From IMG/VR virus record IMGVR_UViG_3300017748_000001, positions 32,001 through 96,000 of that record: 64,000 nt of DNA; one strand, given 5' to 3'. Positions within the stretch are counted from its first letter, which is position 1, and each line of letters begins with the position of its first letter. This document shows, piece by piece, positions 39,306-51,300 of this stretch. The notes under the pieces were generated by a model, which worked only from the letters and a program-made list of their open reading frames with translations, was not told the origin of the DNA and ran no database searches. The stretch is from a virus. Both the position numbers and the translations under genes were made by a program.

Positions 39306-39313
39306 TATTTATA
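39306..39313 (-). promoter_or_regulatory. T4-type late promoter TATAAATA
   Basis: TATTTATA on the + strand, intergenic. An AAGGAG RBS precedes 39269. Confidence 0.8.
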
Positions 39314-39329
39314 AAACTTTTTTCATCAC

Positions 39330-41306
39330 TTAAATTAAGTTTGCGGAAGTATCTGTTCCAATGTTAACATCACTGTTAAAGATGTGTCTTCCGTTCACTA
39401 ATAACATAATTCTCATGCCGTTTCCGTTGGCAAGAGTTGACCTCATTCCCTGATATCTTCTATTGTCTGCGTTTCCAGAAGGAAGATATGTATTCATAGG
39501 AACATTACTTCCTTCAGCCACAACCTCCGCAGAAGAAAAACATATGAGGTCTATTTCTTCTTTCGGATACATAAATCTTTGCGTTGTCAAACCAGTCGGG
39601 AATGTAATTACAAATCTATTGTCGTTAGTTATTGCTAACTGTTCTAGAGGATTTATAATCGCATTGCTGTCGGTCTGATGTTTAGTCGCAAGTTTATGAA
39701 CATCCCAAGGTTTTAATATATCAAATTCTCTCGCAACAAATCGCCAGATAAGTTTTGCAGTAAATTCGTCTGCAAGAGAATCTTCTCTATCGTATGGACT
39801 CAGAATATAAAAACTATCATTATTTAAATTATCAACAGAATAACTGTTACCTTCGTTATCGAAAACAGTATTCACTGTGGTTTCTGCGGTTTGTAGATTC
39901 GCAGCACTCTCAGAGAAGTATACACCGAAATCTCTCGCATATACACTTTCTCTAGAACAAGAATAAAGAACATGAACTGGGTATCTTGAGGCCTCATCTG
40001 TTGGTGCTGTACCTTCTACATTATCTACGGTTCTTTGTACGCAAGTCCAAGCGTAATCGTCTGACTGATCACTGGCTGCATCGTCAAAGATATAGAAAAC
40101 AAATCCTCTTTCTGTCATAGTCAAACGATATGACATGGGATACGTTCCCTCAAGATTAGTTCCGATCTTTGGAAATCTCTTGAACCAACCTTTTCCTTTT
40201 CTCTTATTTCTAAATCTCTTACTTCTATTTATTTCGGTAGTAACAAGAGTTAGAGCGAGGGTAAGGCTACTATCTGCACCAGTTACTGTTTCTCCTTCAA
40301 CAAAAGGAATACTATTCCAATTAGAAAATGTAATGCTCTGTGTAGTAGATGCGGTAGAACAACTATGAACGGTTGCTGATGCTCCTCCTGCTCCAGTAAT
40401 AACTTCTCCGACGGTATATTTGTTCACACCATCATAAGGCAATATTAATGATTGTGCAGGAATTGTGACATCTTCGAAGTGTAAATCAACTAGTTCGCCC
40501 GGAGTCCGAACTACAGAAGTTGTAAGAGTAGATCCATTTTCCAGAGTGATCAATCCATCATTTCCTGATATAGACTCTAACACACTGCCGTCATTCAGAA
40601 GTTGATTGGATGTCCCTATGTTTATTTTCAACCAACCGTACATACAGTTTGGTATTCCTTCTGATTCTGTCCAAGATCCATTAAATGTATATCCAACGTG
40701 TACGAGATTATTATCCGAATCTTTAGAGTTCTGAAGAAGATGTTGAGATTCTGAAGTTTCGTTGATATTCGCACCAGAAACATATTGCGCCTTGCCCATA
40801 GATCTCAATTTTAAATTAAGTTGATAAAGTTCTCTCTTATATTCTGTATCTGTGGTATTCAATCTTGGCCTTTCGTCAAACTCAAATCTTACTCTATATG
40901 ACTGATCAACACCCCTAGAAACCGCTCCACGATTTGGAAGAATTTCGTTGGTTGTTTCTAACAACATAACGTGTTGACGTTGATTGCCTAATGGCCCAAA
41001 GTTAGCCTGACCAGAATATGGTTGTGAATTCAAATTAAGTTGATTGAAAAATTTTTTAGTAATATCGGTGGCAGAATTATCCCCTACTCCGACTAATTGT
41101 ATTTTATTATCTGGAGTAGTTTCTCCGTTATACAATTGCCATGATGCAGTCATATCAGATGCAAGAGTCATCATCAGCCCAACACCAGAAACCGCGCCGG
41201 TGCTGTCAATTCCTCCAGTATCTGTGAGTTTAGTGAATCCAGACCTTGCCACGGATATTCCATAGTTAGGTAAATCACTTATACTGTTTATTAATTTTAC
41301 TGCCAT
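39330..41306 (-). CDS. Structural protein (658 aa), most compact scaffold-family paralog 4
   Basis: QSYRVRFE, YPMSYRLTMTERG, SDDYAWTCVQRTVD, PVHVLY, RFVAREFDILKPWD, INPLEQLAIT, GNGMRIM. Confidence 0.75.
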   Translation of the reverse strand: MAVKLINSISDLPNYGISVARSGFTKLTDTGGIDSTGAVSGVGLMMTLASDMTASWQLYNGETTPDNKIQLVGVGDNSATDITKKFFNQLNLNSQPYSGQANFGPLGNQRQHVMLLETTNEILPNRGAVSRGVDQSYRVRFEFDERPRLNTTDTEYKRELYQLNLKLRSMGKAQYVSGANINETSESQHLLQNSKDSDNNLVHVGYTFNGSWTESEGIPNCMYGWLKINIGTSNQLLNDGSVLESISGNDGLITLENGSTLTTSVVRTPGELVDLHFEDVTIPAQSLILPYDGVNKYTVGEVITGAGGASATVHSCSTASTTQSITFSNWNSIPFVEGETVTGADSSLTLALTLVTTEINRSKRFRNKRKGKGWFKRFPKIGTNLEGTYPMSYRLTMTERGFVFYIFDDAASDQSDDYAWTCVQRTVDNVEGTAPTDEASRYPVHVLYSCSRESVYARDFGVYFSESAANLQTAETTVNTVFDNEGNSYSVDNLNNDSFYILSPYDREDSLADEFTAKLIWRFVAREFDILKPWDVHKLATKHQTDSNAIINPLEQLAITNDNRFVITFPTGLTTQRFMYPKEEIDLICFSSAEVVAEGSNVPMNTYLPSGNADNRRYQGMRSTLANGNGMRIMLLVNGRHIFNSDVNIGTDTSANLI

Positions 41307-41315
41307 AATATATCT

Positions 41316-43106
41316 CTAACTTGGTTTAGTTCGAAGGCTGGCACTGGTGCTGGAACCACCGCCGGTCTGAACGCCTCCGGTGAATTCGCCACCACCAACT
41401 GTTACATTAGGATCTTGATACACATCCAAGAGAGTAGTCCATTCCGATACTATTGATTGATCTGCAACTTTTCTAAGTCTAAATTTAATTGTACTCTGAG
41501 ACTCAGAATTGGCTATTAAGGAAAATTTTCTGAGTGACCCCAACGATTTAAAGTCACCAATGGGGCCCCCGGGCTTATACCCCGACTCATGTGTTGCACT
41601 AATTTCATACTTCTCTCCTACGAGGGAATTCGTTTGCTCGTGCCACCTGTATGAAAAATATACAACATTTCCAGTTTCATTACTTGCTATTTGAGTTAAA
41701 TCATCCCCCGCCAAGATCTTCCCTCCATCACTAACAGCATTAAGTGTTATAGTTCCATTGGATTCAAACGAAATTTCCAATCTTCCCTGAGTCCCATAGT
41801 ATCTGAATTGAAGATGGCCTAGATCGTCCGGAATGACATCTGCCGTATCTAGTGGTTCTACCACCTGTACTTCTGGAACAGCATTATCATCAGTAGTATC
41901 TTCTATAACAGTATTTGCTGGTGGTTGTGGAGAATTCGCTCGCCATCTAGTATATGTTGACAAATCTTCAGTATTTCCAAATGCAGTTTGTGGAAAATTG
42001 GTATAATTTACTCTGCTAGTTGCAGAGAAAGAATCTCCAGCAACTTTATCAATATACTGACTTTCTGTTAACAAACAGAAATTAACCTTTTGCATAGATC
42101 GGATATCAGAAAAATTAAACTGAGACGCCGGAGAATTTCCAGTTTGGTCTGTTGAATATATTTGGACAAATGATATATCTTTATCAGTCCAATCGCTTAC
42201 TTTGGCCATCATTGTAACTGAAATCTGACAATTAAATGAAGACTGATCAAATACAGTATCATTATTACTAAAATTTTCCCAATAATTTCTCGTATTATCC
42301 CTGTCCCCTCTCTTGGTATCTAAACCACTGTCGTTGGCGATAGGTATGACTCTTCCACTTTTGGAATTTATATCTCTGCCACTGAATTGTCCAAACATAG
42401 GAGTAACATCATTATCAAAGAGTTGTGGATTGCTGCCCGCATAGTCTGCGAGGTCATATGACCCCTGATTATATGTTTTTGCGCCTATAGTTATATTTCT
42501 TTGAGTGTTGCTATTGGGAATCAAATAAACATGAGATTTCTTGATATCATCTCTTACTCTAAGGAGATCAGAACTAGTATGAGAAGTAGTAAGTAATCCT
42601 CCATTTGAAGTAGTGCCTGCAGTTGTAAAGAAAAACATATTGTTGATTGCGTTGTCGCCAGATCTTCCAAGAGAATATGTTTGAAAAGTAACAGTAAGGG
42701 GGAAATAACCATTAACAACACTTGAGTCGGAAATTAACGTATAATATTTTCCTCCATGTTTATAAACCGGACTAGCCATATAGTTCGCTTCGAATTCAGA
42801 GTTGCTCTTATTAGTTCCAGATTTAGATCTCATACCACTAAGAGTTGGACATTTAATTTTATTAATTTCCCATCCGTTTATTTGGAAGTAACAATTTCCT
42901 GTCTGATTTCTCCATTGATTGTAGGACAACCAATTTTTTCTCAAATCCGTATTATAATTCGTAGAACTAGGTAAAGAAACTTGAACAATATCTTTTGCCC
43001 ACACCAAATCACTGCCGGAATAAACTTTAGATATTGAATCTCTTCCGACATAAATTTCCTTTAGGTCACTGAATGTGCCATTAGAATTTGGTACTTGTAT
43101 GGGCAT
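41316..43106 (-). CDS. Putative fibre-tip/adhesin protein (596 aa)
   Basis: N-terminal KEIYVGRDSISKVYSGSDLVW motif typical of small phage tail-associated adaptors. The rest is unrecognised and N/S/T/aromatic-rich. Confidence 0.55.
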   Translation of the reverse strand: MPIQVPNSNGTFSDLKEIYVGRDSISKVYSGSDLVWAKDIVQVSLPSSTNYNTDLRKNWLSYNQWRNQTGNCYFQINGWEINKIKCPTLSGMRSKSGTNKSNSEFEANYMASPVYKHGGKYYTLISDSSVVNGYFPLTVTFQTYSLGRSGDNAINNMFFFTTAGTTSNGGLLTTSHTSSDLLRVRDDIKKSHVYLIPNSNTQRNITIGAKTYNQGSYDLADYAGSNPQLFDNDVTPMFGQFSGRDINSKSGRVIPIANDSGLDTKRGDRDNTRNYWENFSNNDTVFDQSSFNCQISVTMMAKVSDWTDKDISFVQIYSTDQTGNSPASQFNFSDIRSMQKVNFCLLTESQYIDKVAGDSFSATSRVNYTNFPQTAFGNTEDLSTYTRWRANSPQPPANTVIEDTTDDNAVPEVQVVEPLDTADVIPDDLGHLQFRYYGTQGRLEISFESNGTITLNAVSDGGKILAGDDLTQIASNETGNVVYFSYRWHEQTNSLVGEKYEISATHESGYKPGGPIGDFKSLGSLRKFSLIANSESQSTIKFRLRKVADQSIVSEWTTLLDVYQDPNVTVGGGEFTGGVQTGGGSSTSASLRTKPS

Positions 43107-43112
43107 AATTTA

Positions 43113-45107
43113 CTACTCTTTGATGAAGTAAATGGTGTTTGCATCTGGAGAAGAAGGCAGAGAACTCCTTACATCTATCTTTTTACCGCCCCAAGTACTA
43201 TCATCGGGATTTCTCCATGCAGGGGTGCCACTGGAGTTAGTTTTCCAAACTTTATTATATTGGCCACTGCCGGAAGCAACATAACCTTCTCTGGCATTTG
43301 TATTCGAATGCCAAGTATTGGTATTCACTATACTATTACTTATTACTGTTCCAATTATATTAATTCCAGTTCCAGCAGTATATGTAGTATCTGTGTTTGT
43401 AAATGATGGGCTGTATGATGTAGTAGTCCCATCCCTGTCAGTTAATGTTAGAGTGTTTCCACTCTTGGACGCTGATGCAACATATTGCTCTGGATGTGTG
43501 TCGGAGAAGTTTATGTACAGACTAGACGGTCTTCCTTCTTGTCCTAAAGTAAGAGTAGAAACTTTTACTTTTTGTGGAGATGAATCAATTCTTCCACTCA
43601 AAGAAATGACGGAACCATCTGGAAGATTTGAAGTTCCTATTTTGCCGAGGCTTATATTATTATTGCTGTCAATACTCAGCGGAGAAGATGCTGTGTATGT
43701 GGTATCATCATCAGTAAATGACGGAGTGTATGATGTAGTAGTCCCATCCCTGTCAGTTAATGTTAGAGTGTTTCCACTCTTGGACGCTGATGCAACATAT
43801 TGCTCTGGATGTGTATCCGAGAAGTTTAGGTATAGATGGGTCGGTCTTCCTTCTTGTCCTAAAGTAAGAGTAGAAACTCTTACTTTCTGTGGAGATGAAT
43901 CAATTTTTCCGCTTAGAGAAATAACAGAACCATCTGGAAGATTTGCAGCAGTTAATTTGTCGGAGTTCTTTAAGAAGTATTCCGAACTTGTACCGTTACT
44001 GAATTCATTTAAGTTTGTTGGAACATTTGTGGAATCCAAATCATCATAGTCTCCACTCAGAGCCACGGGATGAAGTGTTGTGGGGTCAAAGTTATATCCA
44101 GCCTTCGCCTGAATTACCCCTATTTGAGTTTCATTTTCTTTGACCTCAGTATCCAGTGAAGAAACTGCATCACGGACATTCTGAGAATTTATGTAATTAG
44201 TTCCAGAATAACTATGAGTATCTCCTATAGTTGCACCCAAAAATGAAGTAATAGTCGTTGCAATATTATTTAATCGATTATTGTGATCTGTAAGTTCTGT
44301 GTCATTTGAAGATATTTGTTGTTGTAGGATAGTGTCTGCCTGTGATAGAGTGCTCGCACCAGAAATTGTTCCAATATATTCTCCAGAACCGCCAAGGCCT
44401 GCGCCTGTTTGAGTTGCATCTAGTTCATTCTGAATTCTATTGGCATATGCATTTAGATTTGCGATTGCATTTGCACTGGAGTATACTTGACTATCTAGTG
44501 CCCCCAACGAGGTCTTCACCGTACTGGAAATATAATTTCCAGACAATGATATAGTTCCATTTGCTTCTGTTCCTATAGAACTTTGTGTTGTGTCTAGTTC
44601 TTGTTGAGTTGCATCCAGAGATTGATCTAATTTCTTATCCGCATCCGCAAGATTAGAAGCAGATCCAATATATCTAAGGCTGGACTGTTGAATATATCCA
44701 CCAGAACCAGTAAGACCAGAAGAAACTTCAATGGTATCAATAGCACTCTGTAGAGTATTGTCTGATGTGGTTCTTGATGATGCTTCGTTTGCAACTTGGG
44801 TGTCAGTATAATTTGTAGATGTTGTATACAAATTATTCATGGCAGTAGAGAGGTTGGAGGCACTCGTAAATGCGGAACTCAGAGAGGCAACATCTCCAAT
44901 GTTTGCAGTATTAGTGTCTGTTTCGCTATGAATTTCGTTAAACGCACCTACGACAGTTTTATTGTTGGTATTTAGTCCTGCGAAATCTCCCAAGAGTGAT
45001 GCCACATAAAGAGTATGCGAATTTAACTCATTGGTTTTATTCTTCCAAGTATCAAAGGTATCAGTCCTTAATACATTGTTTGTTGATGGATAATTAAATG
45101 TTGCCAT
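43113..45107 (-). CDS. Fibritin/whisker-like segmented coiled-coil fibre (664 aa)
   Basis: N-terminal [11 protein letters not shown] motif of T4-like neck fibres. Coiled-coil segments contain [11 protein letters not shown] repeats shared with 12402..15503. C-terminal 105-aa duplication. Ends [13 protein letters not shown]. Confidence 0.65.
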   Translation of the reverse strand: MATFNYPSTNNVLRTDTFDTWKNKTNELNSHTLYVASLLGDFAGLNTNNKTVVGAFNEIHSETDTNTANIGDVASLSSAFTSASNLSTAMNNLYTTSTNYTDTQVANEASSRTTSDNTLQSAIDTIEVSSGLTGSGGYIQQSSLRYIGSASNLADADKKLDQSLDATQQELDTTQSSIGTEANGTISLSGNYISSTVKTSLGALDSQVYSSANAIANLNAYANRIQNELDATQTGAGLGGSGEYIGTISGASTLSQADTILQQQISSNDTELTDHNNRLNNIATTITSFLGATIGDTHSYSGTNYINSQNVRDAVSSLDTEVKENETQIGVIQAKAGYNFDPTTLHPVALSGDYDDLDSTNVPTNLNEFSNGTSSEYFLKNSDKLTAANLPDGSVISLSGKIDSSPQKVRVSTLTLGQEGRPTHLYLNFSDTHPEQYVASASKSGNTLTLTDRDGTTTSYTPSFTDDDTTYTASSPLSIDSNNNISLGKIGTSNLPDGSVISLSGRIDSSPQKVKVSTLTLGQEGRPSSLYINFSDTHPEQYVASASKSGNTLTLTDRDGTTTSYSPSFTNTDTTYTAGTGINIIGTVISNSIVNTNTWHSNTNAREGYVASGSGQYNKVWKTNSSGTPAWRNPDDSTWGGKKIDVRSSLPSSPDANTIYFIKE
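43380..43945 (-). repeat. Intragenic direct repeat, period 315 bp (105 aa)
   Basis: 88 bp identical at 43412-43499 and 43727-43814. The protein unit [12 protein letters not shown]...TTYTA occurs twice. Confidence 0.92.
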
Positions 45108-45324
45108 GTTGTTTGCTCTCTAAAATTTTATTCAGAAGTACCTTTATTTCTGTTAACTCAGTCTTAAGACCTTCTATTTCCCTCTCTTGCGTCTCAATCT
45201 TTTTCAATTTCTTTATGTACTTAACATACGCACCATTATCAAAATTTATTATAGCTCCAGAGTTTGGATCTCTTCTCAGAGTTCTGTCTTCTTTTACTAT
45301 CAAATACTCTTTAATATCTTTCAT
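45094..45324 (-). CDS. Small conserved hypothetical coiled-coil protein of marine T4-like phages (76 aa)
   Basis: [15 protein letters not shown].....K...EIE.LK.EL.EIK.LL pattern, which I recall next to DUF4815 genes in cyanophage-like genomes. Confidence 0.7.
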   Translation of the reverse strand: MKDIKEYLIVKEDRTLRRDPNSGAIINFDNGAYVKYIKKLKKIETQEREIEGLKTELTEIKVLLNKILESKQHGNI

Positions 45325-45327
45325 GAA

Positions 45328-45335
45328 TATTTATA
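45328..45335 (-). promoter_or_regulatory. T4-type late promoter TATAAATA
   Basis: TATTTATA on the + strand immediately after the TAG of 45336..51800 and 3 nt before the next ATG. Confidence 0.65.
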
Positions 45336-48300
45336 CTAGTTCGCAAGAGCGATAATTCTTAAATCTTTCAATCTAGGCGGCATTGCAGAATTCTTAGTTC
45401 GCAACACAACCTTTATTCCAAATGATGAAAACTCACTCAATCCTTTGACATCATAATCAAATTCTGTGAATTGGTTTATACCAGTAGCCGATTGAGCATA
45501 TCCCTCCGGCCTTTCGATAAAGTCATAGTTCAATTTTCTATACTCTTGACTATCACTCGTTTTTATCTTATAATACAGGTCAACGTCTGCATCTTGTGGT
45601 CGATGCATCGAAAGAACAATTTTGAATGATGTCGCCGGTTGATTTAATTGTATTTCCTTTGTGATATACTTGGACTCCGTAGTCCCTCCGGTATTATTTC
45701 TTTCTGATATGAAGTTGACATAATTAGAAGAAGTATCTGTAGAGTTTCCTTGCGAATCTGTCGTTGTGGTAAATATCGGGTAGTTTACTACATTGGATAT
45801 CAAAGTAGAACTAATTCTCTGAGTATCTATTACTGGAGATATATTATCCTGAGTAGAAGATAATGTCAACTTATAAACTAAAGATTTTTTCTCAAAGTTG
45901 CTACTACCAGTTCCGAAGTTATTCTCGTTGTAAGAAGAATAAACTGATCTGGGGGTATCGAAGGCAATATCTTTATTTGGAACAAAGTTAGTCCAAGAAC
46001 TATCCTTGACTCCAGTTATCATATCTGAGTCCTGTGATAACCCACTAGTTGTCTTCAGTGCGTAAGTTACATTTGTCTGTGGTAGTTGTAGAGATTGAAT
46101 CGTAGGAACCAATACATCAAACTTAGAGTTGACTTCGGCAGTAACTTTACCCGTTGCATCCGCAGAAGGATTAAATCTTCCAGAAGAAGCGAGAGTAGCA
46201 GCCTTTGATGTCCCTGCCACGTTATTTCCGCCAACATACCGGACATTAGTCATCAATATGTCAAATGTATGCAAAGTAGTTGCAACTACTTCATGAGTTC
46301 CATTTAATTCTGAACCCAACCAAGCATTACTTGCGTCATCTCCGCCGTATCTTGCGTTTGAATTTAGTCCCGCAATAGTAACATAATAATGAGTATTCTG
46401 TGCGGTAGATGGAATTAGATCGTGATTGCGAACATGGAACCGAACAACATCCTGACCAGCAAAGGTCTCAATAGAAGAGGGCCCAAGTTTTACTTCGTTC
46501 GCGGCAAACCCAAGTTTGTCTGTGCTACTATTTTCAAAATACAACGAAGAACTTACGTTGGTGTCGAATTGAGCCCTAAACAATGTAAACTTCATGTCTT
46601 CCATTTGTTCTGGAGCCCAAGAGGTCGATGCCGCCTTATAGAATACTCCACTATATGGTTGTTTGCTGATAGTTCCAGTTCCATCCAAAGAGTTTTCACC
46701 AAGTCTTGCGACATGGACGCTGTAGTCCTGAGAATCCGCAAGAACGACCATCGCGTATTCTACGCCCTGTTCTATATAAACTGGTGCGTCAAATAAGAAG
46801 TTTGTTGCGAGGTTTCCATTTGAAGATGTCAATACATTAGAAGGATATAACGTCTTTCTAGTAAGAACGGTCTTGCCTGGATAACCACCAACTGTATTTC
46901 TTAGTTCTACACTTACAGGTATGACGGAATCTTTCGATGAGAAGAAGATATTTACTGATGTGAGGAATGCTCCCCCAATCTTATCTGTCATCACAGTCTG
47001 TGCGATAGGATTGAATTGATTAGACCCTTCTCCGATCTGATTTCTTACTGAACCGTTACTTTGAACAAATTGTGAACTATATCTCTGTTGTCTCGTAGAA
47101 GTAGTAGAGTCTAACTTGGTCTTCGCGGAATACAATCCTTCTGCCTCTGTTTGAGCGAAAGCAGTGCTTGACTGTTGATCGGATAGTTTGAATATCTTAT
47201 CTCCAGTTCTGAAACGCATCTGGTCTGTATTCGGGACTGCAAATATTCCTCTCAAGTTACCAGATTCATCGGTAATCAGAGTAGAACTATTAGAACCAGT
47301 TTCCAATGCAAACTTGCCGGGCGATATACCGTTTGTGAAATTCGGGCCAACTAAGAATAACGCTTGTCCGCCAGTAAATGAATTTGTGTCAATGTTATCA
47401 ATGACATAGAAATTTAGAGTGGTAGCATCAACATATTGAATTCCAACTACTCTAACTTCATGTCCCTGATTATTGACCAGAGTCATATCTCCAGTATTAT
47501 CAATAATCTCAGACTCATACGTCTGGATGAAATTATCCGCTGAGGAAACGCCAGTTACTTTGATTGTCTTTGTAGTCGTACAAAATTCAGATACTGGAGT
47601 TCCATCAAAGAATGCAAATACTCTTGTCTTGGGCTTCATGCCGGAAGCATGGAAAAATACATTCCTTTCTCTGATGAAGAATGTTCCTACAGGATCAACC
47701 CCCTTCGGCACTCCATCGTCTTGATCATCATCCGCATCTCTTGTGAATGGAGGCCAATCTGTTGCACCTACCGAACCGGATGGACTTGAACTATCATCTG
47801 GTTCTCTTTCGGTATCCTTCCAATCGTCTTGTTCTGGGAAGAGTTTAACAAAACCCTTGAATCCCATTATTGCGTATGGGTTTACTGAAACTGTCTTGGA
47901 TGACTTTCCTTGGCCCGCGAGGATGACCGAAGTGTATGGTAACATGACCATTCCATCTTTGATATCATACAGAGTTGATTCTGTTTGATTAAATCGCATC
48001 GGAGAGTTTTTCTGGTAATATACTGGTCGCAATTCTTTGTTTACTACATCAATTGCACAGTTATACTGAGGATCAAAGACATCTCCGATAGTATGTCCAG
48101 TGAACGGTTCTACTACGAAACCATTCTTGAATCTGTCCAGACCATTATCGTCAAGAACATCCATATCCTTTGTTTCTTTTTCTAAGAGAGACAATGTTGT
48201 ATAGTATTCTACAGTCTTAATTCTCTTCTCTAGATTTCCGATATCACGCATTGTATATCGTTTGTTATCCAACATTTCTTTAACAATACTTTCAGTTCCA

Positions 48301-51300
48301 AGACTATATGGATCCGTAGCAAGTTTATAGATAACCATTCCATCATTCGGATCTTCTGGGTAATTTGGAGAAACTGAAGGTGCTCCATACTTGATTAAGA
48401 AATCGCCTTCTTTGCTCAAGTATACTTTATCTTTTCTTGGTAGATATTGACGATAATCGGCGATAACATAAGAACTATCAAGAGGGGTATTAGAAGTTGT
48501 TGATATCTGACCAAACTTTAATGGAGTCGCAAGAGACTTTTCAGTGAACAAGTCAGCGGCTACTGTTTGAGGTCTGAAGTCTAACACATCTGATAGTCTT
48601 GTTTCTTTGAATGAAGGTATCTGTGAATACAATACCCCAGAGGTAGAATGCGTATAAGAATCCGCAGAGAAATAATCCCCTCCAGTGCTATGATCGAAAT
48701 ATGAGTATACTATCGCAACTCTTCCTGCACATTCAGATTGACCGGGCTGAATCTTGATGTCGCCAAGATCATACATACCAGTTCTCTGGCCATTATCAAA
48801 TGTGTATCTATCGGTAATATCTACAATCTTCACTGGAGCATCCGCGAACCCTGTTGGATTAACTCCAGTCTCTTCATATTCTAAGTATGCGTCAAGTGCA
48901 AATTTTAACTCAGAAGCAGTCATCTCGTTGTAGAATTTCTTCGTTCCCGCAGAGTCTATCTGATAAACAACATTAGTGACGTTACAAGTATCATACACTG
49001 CAGTCAACTCAAATATATCAGAGTGTTCTAGTTGTAATGAAGTCAGTGCGAGAGAATTTCCTAAACCGTCAGTCGTACTTGAATTGAATACGCCTGCAGT
49101 ATTATTAAGTCCGTATAGATCCCCAGCAAACCAAGTAGAAGATGGATTAGATGCGTATGATTCTATCGCAACCGAAGTTCCGTCTGTCTTTCTTCCTGCA
49201 AATGGGAATATTACTTGATCTTGTACGAGAGTTTTAGTTTTTTCTGCGGCATTTGTTTTAATTACTGGAGCATATACAATTACATTATTCCCTGCGGCTA
49301 AAGAATCTAAAGTTATTAGTGCAGTCGTTACTCTATTGTTTGCGTCAGTAGAAAGAGCTACGTTACTAGAAGTTAATTGATGTACTACGGGGACACCGCT
49401 TCCTGATGTGGGGGTATATGCAAAGTAGTACTTCTCGTTAAAAGAACCAAATACTTGATTTGAATTCGTTCCCAAGGTTAGTTCTACCTGACTTCCAGTA
49501 CCACTATATGACTGTGAAATATTTTCAAATTTGATCTGAACGGTATATGAAGTATCTACACTACTGTTTCCGCTATCGTCATCAACGAATCGAATAGTCT
49601 TTACAAATTTAGAACCAGTGTCTACAACACTAGAACCCGAAGTATCAAAGATAACATTGCGAGAAACTACTCTTGCGTTATTTGCAGTAATTCCTATGTC
49701 ATGGTTCGTAGAGCCCGAGAATGCGTTTTCCGGAGATGCATCAAATTCAACTTCTCTTACAACCTCGTTACTCTCAAAGAGTCTTGGGTTTAGTTCTCCG
49801 ACACCGACTGAAGAAGGGTTTCCCGATCCAAGTGTCTTAACCAAAATCTTATTTGATGTGCTGAAGTATACCACACCTCTCACATCTGAGTCCTGATACT
49901 CGGAGTAGATGATATTCTTGTTGCTGAAGGACGCTAGCTGGTCTACAAGGGTGTATTCTACGAGAACATTACCATTGAACAGGTTAAATGCTCCGGCGAC
50001 TGACTGAGATTCTATAGACCTCAGATCGTTGAGTAAGTATTCTCTATTTGTTCTTGGGTTGATTTCCATCCTAATATCATACAGGTATACTTTATAAATC
50101 GCACTGTCTGTATCCGAATTAGTCGGGGAAAAATTACCAGAAGAAAAATCTAAGTTTTGGTCGTGTGCGAAATGTTCGACATATCGGATTTTAGCAGTAC
50201 CGATAACATCTGCGCCGATGGGGTTGTTAGAAGACCATGTGGAAAAATCTGCAGTTATTTGATTCTTGTCGTATGTAGACTTGCCTTGGCTATTAGAACC
50301 GTCTCCTGCATTGAATTGAGGATTGTCTCCAATCTTTACATGATCATTACCATTGACATTGATATTTAATAAATCGACCGTCTGATTTGGAATAGGAAGA
50401 CCCATAACATCTGTGAGGTAAACAAAATTTCCTAACTTTGTTGTAAGATATTCATTATTTTTTTGTATGTGATCTCTGGATTTCTTATAGTCTACAAATT
50501 GAGTTACTAGAGTTTCTAATTCGTATCCTCTGACGTATGACTTGCCCGGCTCAATTCCAATCGCAAGTCTATTTCTCAAAGCAGCAACGAGACTGTCATG
50601 AGTCTTGCCAGGATAAAATTTTGTTCCAGTCGCATCTAAGTTTTGTTCTGGATATTTCGTTCTGTCATTTGGGGTTGCAGTGTGCGCTTGCCCATTTCCG
50701 GTTGCAAGGTCAATCATGTCTGGCTCATCGAAGAAACGAGTTCTTGCCATTGACTTTGCGTCTACTTCATTTGAAAACTCAAAATCGGCAAGAGTAGAAA
50801 CTCCACGATTTTCATTTTCATTCAAAAGTTCTCTGATATCTACTTCATATGGTCTTACTGTGTAATCGCCAGATTCGTCAAAAGTTCTTCTCGCAAGAGT
50901 TTCCTCAAGAACAGAATACTCAGTAGTTCTTACATGAGACTCGACAACACCATTCCTGACACTGATAAGTTCAATAAAGTTGCTTGTATCTACTTCGTCA
51001 ATAGATCTCTTAGAAAATACAAGAGAAATTCGATATCTATCAGCGCCTGGCGAGTTAAAGTTTGTTGTTCCCTGTGCGTTGTCTAGAAGAGTATTGTCCA
51101 TATTACTGTTGACAAATGCCTCATTGACTTGTAGACCAATCTTATAAGATGGCTTATTTGAGTATTTGTCTAGGACTATCTTTTGGTCATTGACCATAAC
51201 CAAGTGTTTCTGTAGATAATATACACCAGATTCGATAAAGGCAATAGAGCCTTTACCCGTTGGTGTATCAGAAGCAGGTTTGATTTGACACGCAAAGTCA

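Noticed and set aside
43380-43945. 315-bp repeat pair as a DGR template/variable repeat
   Set aside because: Both copies are in frame in the same ORF, the differences are not confined to adenines (e.g. AGC versus AGT), and no reverse transcriptase is present in the window.
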